Under the pieces are notes generated by a model. The model searched no databases. It worked only from the letters and a program-made list of their open reading frames with translations, and was not told where the DNA came from. This document shows, in pieces, positions 27,331 to 40,687 of a stretch of DNA of 64,000 nt. This DNA comes from Camelus ferus. Lineage: Eukaryota. The DNA is taken from assembly GCF_009834535.1 (NCBI RefSeq), contig NC_045697.1:107882001-107946000 (forward strand). Direction: 5' to 3'. Each line of letters opens with the position of its first letter. Within the stretch, counting starts at the first letter, position 1. Both the position numbers and the translations under genes were made by a program.

Positions 27331-27509
27331 GCCCGTTCATCAGTGTGGTCCTGTCCAAGCTGGAGAACATGCTGGAGAACTCCTTGCACGTGAACTTGCT
27401 GCTAATCGGCATCATCACTCAGCTGGCCAGCTACCCGCAGCCCCTCCTGCGCTCCTTTCTGCTCAACACCAACATGGTCTTCCAGCCCAGCGTCCGCTCC
27501 CTCTACCAG
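27331..27509 (+). CDS. FHIP1A: FHIP1A coding exon (G)PFISVVLSKLENMLENSLHVNLLL...PSVRSLYQ
   Basis: ccgcag|GC acceptor, CAG|gtacca donor; 179 nt, phase 1/0; conserved FHIP C-terminal domain. Confidence 0.93.
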
Positions 27510-27825
27510 GTACCACCTGCTGCCTGAGATGCGGCTGAGCCAGCTCCTCCCCTCCTCCCCCCACCCCTGTCACACTGCTGTTGTTCAAAGACCCTCTGTT
27601 CTAATCCATTTGCTCCCCTTCCCTGTCCCATTACGCTGGGGGTGGTGTCGATGATTCTAGAAAAACTGCAAAGCTCTGTTTAGTTTGATGTCCTGAGAGT
27701 GCCCTCCCAAGAACACCCCGGCAGTTAGAAACCTGCAGGGGCAGGCTGTGCCTGGCAGATGTATTGATAATGGAGGGCGGAATTCTGTTGTGAAGCATTA
27801 ACGACATTAGTGCTGGTTTTGACAG

Positions 27826-27964
27826 GTCCTTGCATCTGTGAAAAACAAGATCGAACAGTTTGCTTCCGTGGAGAGAGACTTCCCAGGCCTCCTCATCCAA
27901 GCCCAGCAGTACCTGCTCCTCCGCGTGGACGTGTCCGACCCGAGCCCCGAGGCACTGACCAAAG
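27826..27964 (+). CDS. FHIP1A: FHIP1A penultimate coding exon VLASVKNKIEQFASVERDFPGLL...EALTK
   Basis: gacag|GTC acceptor, AAAG|gtccgc donor (weak); 139 nt, phase 0/1. Confidence 0.9.
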
Positions 27965-29174
27965 GTCCGCCAGGTTCCTCCCCTGTGTCTCTCCATCACC
28001 TGCTCCTCCGGTTCCCCAGCTTCTCGACTTGGGGTCGCAGGTGCTGCTCCAGCTCCTGGATCCTAAAAGCAATGAATAGATTTCCATTTTTACCCAACAG
28101 GGAGGTGCCTCTTCTGAGTGTCCTTAAACCGAAAGGAAGGTCTGCCCTGCCCCACACCTGGCCTGGTCCCCATTTGGAGGGCCTAGCAGGGCATTTGTTT
28201 TCGTAACTCAGAGTAGTTCTGAGAAGGAGTGACATGGGGTTATTGCCAGGCTAGAAGAAATAACTTAGTACACATGGGCCAGAAAGCAGTGTTATGTGCA
28301 CACCCTGAGCGATTTTTTGGCCAGTCCTACCCCGAGGAGGGCATCCATTCTCTTTATTATGTTTCCAGAGACTCTCAGGCCTCAAGTAAATGTGCTTTAG
28401 GGCTGTAGAAGGTAGAAAGCATTCATCTGGACCGGGAGTAGTAAAGTTTATGTGCACCTTGAACCTCCGGAGAGCACCTTTCCAGCTGCTCCAGGGCCCT
28501 GGCCGAGCGGTTGGTGGGGAGGGCAGCGTTGGGGGAGCAGAGCTGCCAGGGCCTCGCTGGTCAGCTTGCACAGATGTGACGACAGTTGTCTTTGGAGCTG
28601 TGGCTTTGGCCTTGGCGAGTGCAGACCAGGGGATGGCCCCTAGCGCCCTGGCTTTTGCTTCTCTCCCCCAGGACAAGTCAGGCTTCTTCGTGGCAGGTGA
28701 GCCGTGGAGGGAGCGGGGCTCTCAGTCCTGGGCTAAAGCACGTGACCAGAAACAATGCGGAGCGTGAGGCAGAAGGTTCACTCGGGCAGCTTTAAGGCTT
28801 CGAGGGCTTGACCTCTGTGTAGCTGTTTGATCTTGGTCACTTTGCATCTCTGGGCCTCATGTGCTTCAGCTCTTAAGTGAAGGGTTTTCCCTCCATCTCT
28901 GGAGCCCTTTATGTCTGTAGGACTCTGGGCGTGACAGGCCTAAGGGCACGGCAAGGCAGACTTTGAAAGAAACGGGGGCCTTCTGTCTCTGGGGAAATGC
29001 AGGGGCTGCTTTGAGCATTGACCCTGAAGAAGAGGGAGGGAGACCACCTCTGTGTCTGTGGGAAGGTGGCCTGCGGGCCCCATGTGGCCTCTCCTAGCAG
29101 TGTGGACAGCTGGCCTGTTGGCTGTGTCCCTCCTGAGCAGGGGCCCATGCTGCCGAGACTCACCCCACAAGAGG

Positions 29175-29580
29175 ATATGCATCAGTTAGCATTTGTGCAA
29201 AATAAACCACCACAAAAACTCCAGGGTTCAAAACAAAGCCATCACTCAGGCTCGTGAATCTGTGTGCTCACCCTGGTGACCTGCTGGTCCCGGCCACGAG
29301 GCTGACGTTGGCGCGATTGGCTCGTGGGCTGCCATCAGCGGGTGGCCTTCCTCACATCAGTGGCTGCGGGCCAGGGCGATGGGGATGACAGGGCTCGTGT
29401 TTCTCATCATCCAGCAGGTTAGTCCTGGCTTGTCAGCTTCATGGCTGTAGGATTGCAGGAGCACACAGAATCTCTTGGAGCTGTAGCTTGGAACCCCACA
29501 AGGTCGATTCCCCTGCATTCTGTTGGCTGAGCCCAGAGCAAACCCGCACCTCTCAATGTAAAGAGTTGCAGGGACTTACG
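29175..29580. mobile_element. Possible ancient MaLR (MLT1-like) LTR remnant
   Basis: cagttagc...aaaccaccacaaaaactc...aaaacaa...gtgaatctgtg...ttctgttggc pattern; highly diverged. Confidence 0.45.
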
Positions 29581-29730
29581 GCAATTTCTGCAGTGTCTTC
29601 AAGTTGCACTTCAGGCTTGGTCTTCATTTGTATTTTGCAATTTGTAAAGTACTTTCCCAATTTTTATTTTCGAACAGCATTGTGCACGGCATTGTGCAGT
29701 GGGCAGGAGAGGTGCCATTAGCTTCATTTT

Positions 29731-29857
29731 TTTTTTAAGGATTTTTTTTGTTTATTCATTTTTAATTTTTTTAATGGAGGTGCTGGGGATTGAACCCAGG
29801 ACCTCACGCATGCTAAGCATGTGCTCCACCGCTGAGCTATACCCTCCTCCTGCCCCT
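29731..29857 (-). mobile_element. tRNA-Ala-derived short SINE (vic-1-like, camelid)
   Basis: Reverse complement GGGTATAGCTCAGCGGTGG...CTTAGCATGCGTGAGGTCCTGGGTTCAATCCCCAGCACCTCCA plus A-rich tail; TSD TT(A/G)GCTTCATTTT (29718-29730 / 29859-29871). Confidence 0.85.
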
Positions 29858-31699
29858 GTTGGCTTCATTTTCATAAGCAGGAAGCTGAAATTAGAGGCCC
29901 AGGGTGGTCAGCCAGGATCACAGAGCTCAGGGGCCTGGTTTGAGGATCCGAGGACACACACCCTGGCCGGCCCCCTGGACCCACACCATCTGGGTGAGGG
30001 TGGGGGGCGCTCACACTGTGTGCTCTGTCCTGTGCTTCAGGCTGTGTGATGACCGTGGCTGCCAGATATGTGTCTGGGGACCTTGTTCCCACCACATAAG
30101 GTTGTCAGATTGGGCAGCACTGGTGGATGGTTTCTAAGGTCTGTGACGTCCCAGGGGTGCAGACTTGTAGGCAGCTTCTCTCGGGATAGAAGACTTCCTT
30201 TGATGGAGTTTTCTAGATTAACCTCCTCACTTCTTTCAGGTTAGCAAAGTGACTCCCTCCCCTCAACTTTAAGATTCTCTAAACTTGCAGAACGTCAAAG
30301 GTTTCTGTCCCCTTGGACAGAACTGACTCCCAAAGCATCGTGTGGGATGTGATCACCTCTCAATGAGTTGAATCTGGGAGCCTCATTCTCACCGGGACAC
30401 AGGACAGTGAATGACCAGAGCCCCGTCACAGGCTGTGTCCTGGGGGCCCAGAGTCTCTGTGCAGTGCCCCATCTAACACCGGGGAATGGTTGTCTCTCCT
30501 GACCTCTCATGTCTTTGCAGTCATCTTGAAGACCCTTTGTGCAGCTTTGCGGACCCAGGGCAGCGTTTTGGGAGATGGCTCCCGATTCTGACACTGACGC
30601 ATACCTCCCTGCCTCCCCTCCTCACCTGCAGACACCATGCTTGCTCGTGGGGTCCCTTTACGCTGGGCGTAGCTCAGGGGCCCACAGCCGGGGCTGATCC
30701 CTCGTCCAGGCCCTGCTCCCTCGTCCAGGCCTTGCGCCTGCGGCCTCCCGGCAGCCCTGGTGCAGGACAGGCTTCCTCACTAACACCTCAGGCAGAGGTC
30801 AGAGTCCCTGAGACTCCTCACTTCCTGTGCCCCCCGCCACGCTGTCACTACTGACACTGTTGGTCTCTGAGGCTCGGCCCCTTGCCAGGCTTTTCGTTTT
30901 CCTCTCGAGTACTTTCCATACGGTATTTACTTTCAGTATTCAGAGTCCTTTCACTGATCTCTGGTTCTGGAAGGGGGTCGGGAAGGCATTATCCCCATTT
31001 TACAGAAAAGGAAGCTGAGTCATATGGTTAGCTAGTTGCCAGGTGGGGGCCGTGACTTGGGGCTGCTGGTTTTTAGAGCTCAGTGGTGCTTTGCGACTCA
31101 CAGAAGGCCAGTCCCCGGCTGACGGAACGGAACCACCGTGGGGTGTCCCTGCCACTCCTCCAGCTCCCTCACTGGGCGGCACCTGCCTTCATTCATTAGT
31201 GGACAGTTTTAGTTCCTGGACTCAACTGGATAAATGAGCTTGAGCAATGACACTTTAAAAATTCATAGATCAAGCTGGATAAATGATCCACAAAAGCCCT
31301 CTTGGGGGAAAGAGACGAATTTGAAACGGGAAGATGGAGATGAAATGAACCTGCTCCGGGGAGATCAGGTGTCGGGAAGACCTGACGTGGGTCGCTTCCT
31401 CCCCTCGTTCATTCAGCAAGTGTTTAGTCTCCCCTGTGAATCAGGAAGTACGCTGGGGGCCACGAAGGACACATCACGTAGGGGCTCAGCTCTCAGAAAC
31501 CTCAAGGCCTAGCTGAGGAGAAAGAACCTAAACCACAAGGCAAGGCTGAAGGGCACTGCAGCCCTGGTCGGGAAGTAAACGAGTCGGGGGCTGGAGCAGG
31601 GGACCACTTCCTGGGCAGGAAGTCGAGGTGCTTTGTGAAGTCAGCGGCAGCTGAATTGATGGTGATACGATGGTTGACACCTTGTGTCGTGATACCTGT

Positions 31700-31830
31700 T
31701 GACTCATTTAATCCCTAACAACTGTGAGCTTTTGACAGATGAGGACATGGAAGCACAGAGAGGTAGAGCAAATTGCCTGTCGTCACTCCGCCAGTAAGTG
31801 GCAGAGTCTATGCTCTTAACTACTGCACTG
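31700..31830 (-). mobile_element. MIR remnant
   Basis: ctcatttaatccctaacaac...acagatgaggacatggaagcacagagagg...tgctcttaac. Confidence 0.65.
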
Positions 31831-33343
31831 GTCCCTTCAAACCTGGCGAGGTTTAGGTGTGCAGAGCCGTGGGGAAGGAATGCCGGCGGGGGGAACCGGC
31901 GTGAGCAGTGCGTGTCTCGGTCTGGGGCTTGTGCCCGCGGTGTCCCGTTCCCCACCGTATCCAGGCCAGCTTCCCTGGTGAGCCTCGTGGGACCCTTTGG
32001 AGAGCTGAGCGGCTGGAGGGCTGGGGTAGGGGTGCTGAGGCACGGTCCTCAAGACTGGCAGTGTCCTCAAGGATGTCAACACTTTTGTCCTCACTCTGTT
32101 GTCAAGACATCTTGTGAGTTTCTGCTGAAAGGTGGCAGCAGATTCTCCACGTTTCCAGTTCTTTGTGGCACGAACTGTGATAAGCTCTAATCTAAAAGGA
32201 TATTTAAAGCAGTAAAGTGGAGGACTTTTTTTTTTTAACACTGAAGACTATACTAGTGAGATGTGGAAAGAACTATAAATGTCAAGAATTTTTAGTACTG
32301 TAGTTAACGACACTCTGAGAGGAGTGTTAAAAAACGGGGCTGAATTCTAAAAAGCAGCCAAAGTAATGAAGAGCTGGAATATAATGATTTATAAGGAGTA
32401 ATGAGTCTGAGTTGGGGGCAGAAGAAGGCATAAATAATTCCTAGAAATATAAAGGCCAGAGATGCTGAGGAATTAAACAGTTGGGAAAGTCAAACTGTTT
32501 TAATTGGTAGAACTATTTAGATGTGAAAATGCAAATCACTGGAACATGTTGAAGTTTGGGCTCATATGGTCTTAGGCTCACATTAGACCCGAGACTGAGC
32601 TCGAAAGCCCTGGAAACTTTCCTCGAGTGGAAGGTCCAAGCCACTCGCTGCCACCGGACGCCCACAGTTAAGGGAAGTTCCTGGTGTGGTCTCACTGGCA
32701 CCCAGCTTCCTGTCCATCATTCCCAACCTTTAAGAGGCAAATTCCATTCTGTTCTCCACAAAGGCTGGAGGTGCCGGCCAGAAGCAGCTGGGGGTGGCCA
32801 GGGGGCCCCAGAGGCTGGAGCCCGGGCCAGGTGTGTAGCCCAGTCCGCCTTCTGCAGCTCTGCCGGGCAGTCAGGGCTTAGCTGGCCAAGGCAGGATGGG
32901 CCCCCCAACAACGGGAGCCGGGGAGCAGGTGGAGGCCCTGGACATCCCTAAATAACACGCTGAGCTGAGTCTTCACTTGTGGATGCAGCGGCAGGAGATG
33001 CCTTTTTTTCCGTCTCGCCGCCAGACCTCCATGTCCTAGGCATGGAGGGTTCCTGATAAACATATTCCTGCCACAGTGGCTGCGTGAAGTTCCTCATATA
33101 GAACTTGGGATCAAAGTCTCAGGTCACAGGCCCTGCGCTGGAGCTGAGCCACAGGGCAGATCTGCAGACGGAGTGGGGTGAGGGCGGGCAGGGCCGTGTC
33201 CTCAGCCTGCGGGCGGTGTGGCCGCTGGACCCGAGACCAGCCCCTCCATCCTCCCTGCCCCCCGTGCAGCACACACGCCCCACTAAGAGGCCGACGGGAG
33301 GGACTCTGCAGGGTCACCGAGACTGGCTTCTTTCTGGTTTCAG

Positions 33344-33597
33344 ATCCCATTCAGGACGCCTCCAGGACAGGAAGTGGCAAGAACTTTCTGGATGGCCCCC
33401 CGAGAGTGCTTCAGCCCTTCCTGACACACAGAGCCAGGATGGCCGGGGCGCCCCCGAGCCTGCCGCCGCCGGTGAGGAACGCCATGCTGGCTGCCGCCCT
33501 CTTCCCCGAGTTCCTGAAGGAGCTGGCGGCCTTGGCCCAGGAGCACTCCATCCTGTGCTGCAGGGTCCTGGGCGACCTGGAGGACTCCTGCTGTTAG
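33344..33597 (+). CDS. FHIP1A: FHIP1A last coding exon (D)PIQDASRTG...FPEFLKELAALAQEHS...EDSCC*
   Basis: tttcag|AT acceptor fits phase 1; TAG at 33595-33597; FPEFLKELAALAQEH is the FHIP1 C-terminal signature. Confidence 0.93.
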
Positions 33598-36500
33598 TTA
33601 TTTTTTTTTCTTTTTAAGACATTCTTGTTTTTTAAGGTTTTAGTATCTCGACTGAATGTTAAATGCAAAGCTGCTTACAAAACTTTCTACTTGGAGACTT
33701 CCTGACGATACTTGATTGGTGGGGAGGGGGTTTCCTGGGCACCTCCTCTCTCACCAGCCGGGTCTTCCCACCTCCTGTCCCTAGAATGTACGTCTCAGAA
33801 GCAGGGTGCTCCTTTGGCAGGTCTTGGCTGTTGTCCCTCCTCAGAGGTTTTGGTCCTTCTCCCATCCCTTTGAGTCACTCAGTTTGCAGCTGAGGCCACA
33901 CCAGGCGCATCCTGGGGCTCGGTGATGTCTGGAAGTGCCTGTGAAGAAGGCACGCCTGCTCCGGTGGCCTGCTGCCTTCTGGCTTCCGTTTTATAAAAGG
34001 GAAGAATGAAGATGGAGCGCCTCCTGCCTCCATCACAGGCACAGATCGTACGTCCCTTTGCATTTTACTTCCAAGACTTGTATTCCGCCCACCGTGTGTT
34101 GCCTTATGGTGCGGGCTCGTCCACCGGTCCAAGCGCTCTGCCTGGGAAGTCAGATGCAGCTGGAGAGAATTTGGAACGCAGGGAAATGTTCTTGTTGCTT
34201 GAGAGCTTTCTGTACTCAGAACATCACTACCTAAACACTGAAAATAGCCTTATTTTAGTCAGATTTGCACAAAATGAAATATATCTATGCAAACTGTTAC
34301 TTTGGTTTTAAGGACTTCGATCGATCTGATGAAGAAAGCATGGTGTCATATGCTTACGTGAGAAGACAACTATCATTATTTTTTAAAGTGTTTTATGGAA
34401 AACAGACTGAATTATTTGTTAACCTATTTCATAGTGGGGTTTTCTGGGGTGTTTGGAGTGGGGAAAGGGATAGAGGTAAACTAAATACAATCTGTACAAA
34501 CATCAGTAATTATTTTAAATTCTCTTTGCTTTTTCTAATATGTTGCACTTTGTAGAGAAACAGGAACTGTGCAGCCACTCTGGGGACAGGGATGTCAAGG
34601 AAACAGGTCGCAGGGAGCGCTGCCAAGCCGAGTGCCTGCTGGGGACGCGCTCTGCGCGGGAACGCTGCCTCCTGAGTAACGGGGCTCATTAGGAGGCCCC
34701 ACCGTGATGTATTAGCGCCTCTGCCGCCCTGCAGCCTGCTCCAAGGGCATAATTATACTGAGGGCCACAGTCTCCTTAAGCCACCGAGAGGGGGAAACAC
34801 AAAATAATTGTGGGCTAAAAAATGAGACCATAAACAACTGATACGTATGGATTTCGGATGCCACTCGTCTCTCTCGTGGGCAGGTGAGAAGCACAGAACT
34901 GGGATGAGCCTGCCTGTTGAGGGGACCTGGAAGCCCCCGCTGTCTGCTGTCTGTGGGCAGCGTTGCTGAGCCCCGGGGGCAGCCGCAGGTCTGCTGGTTG
35001 GGCCTCGGGAGCACAGGTTTGGTTTTCATCAGGACCTAGTGCAGGAGGGGAGTGGAAGAAAGAACCGCAGCCGAGACGCTGCAGAGCAGAGGCTGCCTTT
35101 TGTGCGTCAGGGATCTGGAGGCAGCTTTGTAAGGAGAGCGAGCGAGCCAGCGCCTGGATTGGAGCCCCGGGGGACCTGGCCGGGGCTCGGGAGGCAGCCT
35201 CGCAGTGCTTCTGAGTCTCAGCAAGAAGCCAAACTGTTCCAGTGCGTTGTACCTTTCTGACTTCAAATTTGTCTGCCTTCAAAATTGGTTTGCCAGGCCG
35301 TGGTGCAGCAGCCAGGACGCATGGGGCCGGGGGACCAGCCTGCCCTCAGCTTCCCCGGCGCCCGCCTGTATTTGCACAGGTCTCTGTCGGAAATGAGGTT
35401 GGTTTTAGGAAGCGATCGGAAGAGGGGAGCAGAAAGATGGAGCTTCAGCTGCAATTGATTATCCTCCAACTTTGTTTCACACAAGTACTTATCTCCCCGT
35501 TTGGACTTCCCAGGTATATAAGATGCTGAAGTCACATCTGGAAGCTGTGTTCTTTAGCTTTCTGGTCTGATTCACACTTCCCTCCACTATTTGGTGACAG
35601 TGTTGATTCTTCTTCTTGAGTCCGTGTTGCTTTACTTAGAACAGTGAAGTCCCCTTTGTGGAAGGTGCCCTTAGGGGAAAAGTATGTTTTCAAAGTAGGT
35701 ACTGAAGTAGACTTGCTGTACAGGATAGAGTTGTCTGGGGCAAGAGGCAGGAAAATGAACTCCTGAGGTGGGGTGCAGGCAGCAGACTCAATGCTAACCC
35801 TCTGGAACTGGACACTGGTTCAGGTTTCTGAATCCATTGCCACCCTCCGCCAGAGTACTGTGTCCAGGGCTTTTCAGAATGACGTCAGAAAACTGACCCA
35901 GAAATAACACAATAGAGAACCAGTGAACGCACGCAATTGAGGGAAACAGCCGGGCAGGTTAGGTGGGGACGGTTTGGGGGCGGTGTGGTCCTGCCAGAGG
36001 AGAAACAGCAGAAACCTGAAGCTGAAAGGAGAGCAGCAAGTCCCGGGGGGGCTGGAGGGATGGACGTGGATCCAGGCAGATGAGAAAACCCTGTACAGCA
36101 GGTGGGTGGTGACGGGAATTCCGTGGTGGGAAAAATCATGGTAATGAAATAGAATATTCTAGTCACAAATGGGTGATGCCCTTGGAAAAATCTTTTGTAA
36201 TGAGTTGGGGGGAAATATTGAATGATACTTGGCATGCTTTACAATGTCCAAGGGTGTGGCCGCTTTTCCACGCGACAGACTCACGTGTCAGACGCTGCGC
36301 TACTGGTTGGAGTGGACACAGTGCTCAGGTGCAGCCCCTGAGGCTGGCATCACTGTCTCAAGCCTGATGGTCCTGGGCAGTGAGGGTGAGTCAAGGGTTC
36401 CTGGAACATCCATCTTTAACCTTGGTTCCTAATTCAGGGTCTGAGGTCAGGTTCTAGGAGTGAATTTTGTGGTTCAGGGTATATGAGAGCACTGGGATAC

Positions 36501-39500
36501 TTGAAATTGATTTTTGGAAATGACCAAGTAAATGTTTTTAAAATTTTAAAGAGATTCCAGGTTGAGTTTAGTCTAAAATACAATTTCATGGAGTAAATTA
36601 GTTTCCCAGACATGAAATGGGAGTGCTGGAGTAACCAATCAGAGCTGTGACTGTATTAACAGATACTGCCTAACCCTGGTATTTAGAGGAATTATGAAGT
36701 GGTCCCCATTTTACTTAGTCTTATTTTGGAAAATACTTTGACGTGCTGGGGGTTTGGAATCGATGTCTCCTGTCATGTTTAGGGACGAGGTATTCAGTTC
36801 TTCTGCGGGTCTTGAGGGATCCTTTTTCCTCAACAAGTGGTTTCTGTTTAGGTCTGATGTAGTTACTGATTTTTCAGTCCATTAAGACATCCTGGGGCCA
36901 GGGTGTTGTCAGAGAGCACCCTCTCCGGAGCAGAGTCTAGAGCCGGACGTGTGCATGTTTGGGCTGCCTGTTCATTTGGGGCAGCTCGTGGTATGAGGGC
37001 TTGAAAGTCGTTTTTGCTGTCTCGGAATCAGCTTGGTTGCCGCAGTCAATGCTGGTGGATTTTCAGATGGGTTTAGAGGTTTAGGGTTGCGGATGGGCTG
37101 CCTGCTCTGAGTGTGGGTATCAGGGTGTCTAGACTGCCTTCCTGTGGGAAGTGCTGCCCCGGCGTGGGGGGGGTGGGGACATGTTGCTGGTGTGATGCTG
37201 AATGTCCACAGCGCCCACAGCTCCCGTGGAGGGGTGGGCGGTTCAGCATAATTGCTCATCACCAGCCTGCGTTTACTGAGATGGCTGTCAGCCCTGCCGT
37301 TCTCATGCAGCGTCACCGCAGGACAGTTAGTACCGCGCGTGCCGCTGGGAGTCGCCGGCCGGGCCGGTGTAGTCTGTGGCTCCCGTGCGTCTCGGGCAGC
37401 TCTGCAGCGTAAGCTCCTCCTGGACACAGCAGCCTCTGCGGCTGAGGCCACATCCGCTGTCAGTCATTAGGAAGATGTTCTCACTTCAACCATGTAAACC
37501 ACACAGCGCTGATTCTCCATCAAAGCGCAGCTTAAAACAGGCCACAGGCAGACTAGTTTATACTCCATTCTTAAATCATGTCACGGAGGAAACATTTTAA
37601 GAGAATGGAGTTGACTTTCTTCCCCCTCTTTGAATGACCATCATAAACCTAAGGCTTTGGACAGAGCTCTTGGAAGACTAAGCTGTTTTCGGGATAATTT
37701 TGCCGTAGCAAATCCCCCCGTGTTCAGGTGTTCATTTGGCCAGTGCTTGCTTTGGGGGACAGATTATCCTGGCAGCTCATTAACTGGACAAACAGGGCTT
37801 GAGTGGAAGATTTCTGGTGATGTTCTGTAGGGACCAGAAGGACAGGAACGAAGTTCTTAGGCTTCTGCATGAGGCACCCCAGGGCAGGGCCTGATTTGAG
37901 CTGGGAGGCCCCTCCCTGCCCAGCTGTCGTTGTAGATTTTGCTCCTGTCTCACAGCTCGTGAGTAAATCTGACTCACTGTCACCCACACAAGCACTGGGG
38001 ACAAGTCTAGAAAAGGCCCACCCTGTAACAAGGCTCCATTCTGCCCCACAGCTGTTTTACAAGAGAGAATTTGGTGTTGACAATATTACTTAGATGATCT
38101 TTGCTAAGCTGTCTGACTATGGGAGACAGCGAGGGTGGACCACCAACCAGACGTTTGCCATCTCACCATCGAGTGTCCACTCTGTTCACAGATAACCCAC
38201 TAGTGCATTTGTCTAAAATCCACTGAAGAGGCATGGCCACCATTTCCATGCTGCTTTTGGTAGTGGGTGAATAACAGGGCCTTTCAGATAGACTTAGTGG
38301 CTTCTTCCAAATACTCACTATGTGGAATCCTTGAACAGATGCAGCTACGTTGAGTAGACATGAAAAGGACAGCAGTTTGTGGGTCATGGCCATACGCTAT
38401 GTACTGAATTAACCAACCAACTCTAGGAGGGTGTTTACTTTAAAAAAAAAATTCATAGCCTTCTTCCAGATTAGTGATAATTACAAAAACAGGGGGCGTG
38501 GGAGGAGCCCAGCAAAAACACCCTTGATGTAAATGATGGTGAGTTTTTTCCCTAAAAGATGGGAACAGACGTTCACCTTGATGTACGAGCGTGGACCGAA
38601 TCAAGAAGCTCCGTCCTAAACCCAGACATCTGGAATTTAAAAGCCTCGTGGTTGGCGGCACCCACTTCTCATACTCGTATAAGGGGCTCCTCGTCCATTG
38701 ATTTTGTTTTGTAAACTTTTACAAAAACTTACTCTATGCTGGAAGCATGCTGGGTGTTAAGGCTGCCACTCCAACCCTCCCAGCAGAACCATCCAACCCC
38801 TCAGCCGACCTGCTCAAGCAACACCACACACGGTCTGAGCCTGACCACGCGGAGCTGGTCCGGGCTCCCCCGGGGAGCACCAGTTTCCAGCACGTCCCCT
38901 CCCAGCCTGCAGGTGCGTGGATTCCAGTGACAGATGACAGTGGCTTCACCTGTGGTGCCAACTCACCCATTTTAATGAGATTTCCCCAGAAAAGCAGAGA
39001 ACCAGACTAAATTCACACTCATGCAACAATGTATTGTAATTTGTATTTCACTGAGGCCCGTTTACAAGCAGAGTGACCCTCTGTGACTTTCTTAGGGTGT
39101 TGTATGAACATATAGTTTGACTGTCTGGTCAGGTTCCAAGTCAGATACCTGAGCTGTGCTTTGATCCCCTCCGGCTGCCCCCACCTTTCTTTCTATTAGC
39201 AGTTACAACATAATCTGATTTCTAGGATTTCAGAAGCAGGCATTCAGGACGGCAGGTAGTTGTCAACAAGAGCTGGCTGACGGCATTATGAAGATCAAGG
39301 ACTTAAAGCTTTTCTTTATTAACTGAGGTGACATTGGTTTATAACATAAATTTCACATATGCAACACTGTATTTCGACTTCGGGATACACTACAGTGTGC
39401 TCACCACCAAAGGCTGAGTTTCCATCTGCTGCCATACGGCTGACCCCTTTACCCGTTTTGTCCCCAGCGGTGGCACTTTTCTTGGGGAGTGATCCGTCCC

Positions 39501-40660
39501 TAACACAGTTTACACTGGACAGAATATTGAATATTGTGGCAAATGGTCATCCAGCTGCCCACCCCCCCCAGCCCCCATTTACGTAGGCCTTGATTTAAAG
39601 TCTGGAAAGATCGTCCAGGGCCTTCTGTAAGGTCTGATGACCAAGAAGGCAGACTTTGGTGAAAACAGAGTTTGTGAAACAAAACTGAACCTTATCATTT
39701 CTTACAAAACCATTCTCCCGCCAGATCCCAGTCTCAGACCGCCTTCACCCGTTTGTAATTGAGAGTCACGGCGCAAGGAGATGGAACTCACTCTGCCTTC
39801 TCTCTCAAAAAGAGGTTTGCGGAAAATATTTTCCTTTTAGGCCCAGTAGTTTTGAGCATTGCAACAGAATGTGTGAGGGGCACATGGCTTCCTGGGCGAT
39901 GTAACGTATTCTCTTAACACTTCTAAGGCACGAATCTTTTTAAAAGTCAATTAAAAAAAAAACAACCAAAAAAACCTTACCTCTTCATGCTTGTCAAAAA
40001 GAAACCACACAACAAGGTTCCTTCCTGGCCGTGCTCTTCCGGCTGGGTAAGAGGGACACGGCTCTCATTACTCCTAGTCAGGGAAGTCCGAGCATCGTCT
40101 GCAGCCCAGGAGCCAAGAAGGCCTACCTCGCTACGTCCCCAGCTGCCACTGGAGCGCCATCCGTGATAGAAATGTTTGTACTCTTAGCACAAGAGAGAAT
40201 TCACTGCAAATCAGGGCCTCCAAAGATTTTGTTCTCTTAGGTCACAATTTGACATGTGCTTTAAAAAGAAACAAACCATCCGCAAAACTGGGCTTCAGGC
40301 GTTGTTGAGTCTGAGGTAACAAAGGCAGGCAGTGAACAAAGGGGCACCCTGGTGCGACAGACAGAAATAGTATTATTGTCATGAGAACAGGGGTGAGGGC
40401 AACCCAGCCTTCGTGGACTTAAACCATTAACTGCACCACAGTTACTGTTAAAGGTCAGGATTTTGACATACTAGTTTTATCATCATCTTTTCAGGCAAAA
40501 CAAATTAAGTTTAATGTTAACAGCTGTTTTTTTTTCCTTTTTCTGGCCTGAGGGTTGGGAGGGGGGTTGTCAACTGCACAATCTTTGACATGTAAGTTAA
40601 TTTTTTATGTGATATTTCAGTATATATTTTATTCATTAAATTTATTTGAAAACTCCTGTC
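33598..40660 (+). other. FHIP1A: Probable long (~7 kb) 3' UTR of FHIP1A
   Basis: Follows the stop; I saw no canonical AATAAA on + before an ATTAAA at 40635-40640, which has upstream TGTA and a downstream U-rich tract; the end point is inferred. Confidence 0.55.
39312..39462 (-). mobile_element. Short ancient L1 (L1MA9-like) 3' end within the putative FHIP1A 3' UTR
   Basis: gaggtgacattggtttataaca...tacactacagtgtgctcaccacca pattern. Confidence 0.6.
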
Positions 40661-40687
40661 TTTTTTACCCCCCCCAAATCATTTATT
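40628..40687. terminator. Cluster of candidate polyadenylation signals on both strands
   Basis: ATTAAA on + at 40635-40640; TTTATT (AATAAA on -) at 40628-40633, 40641-40646 and 40682-40687. Confidence 0.6.
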
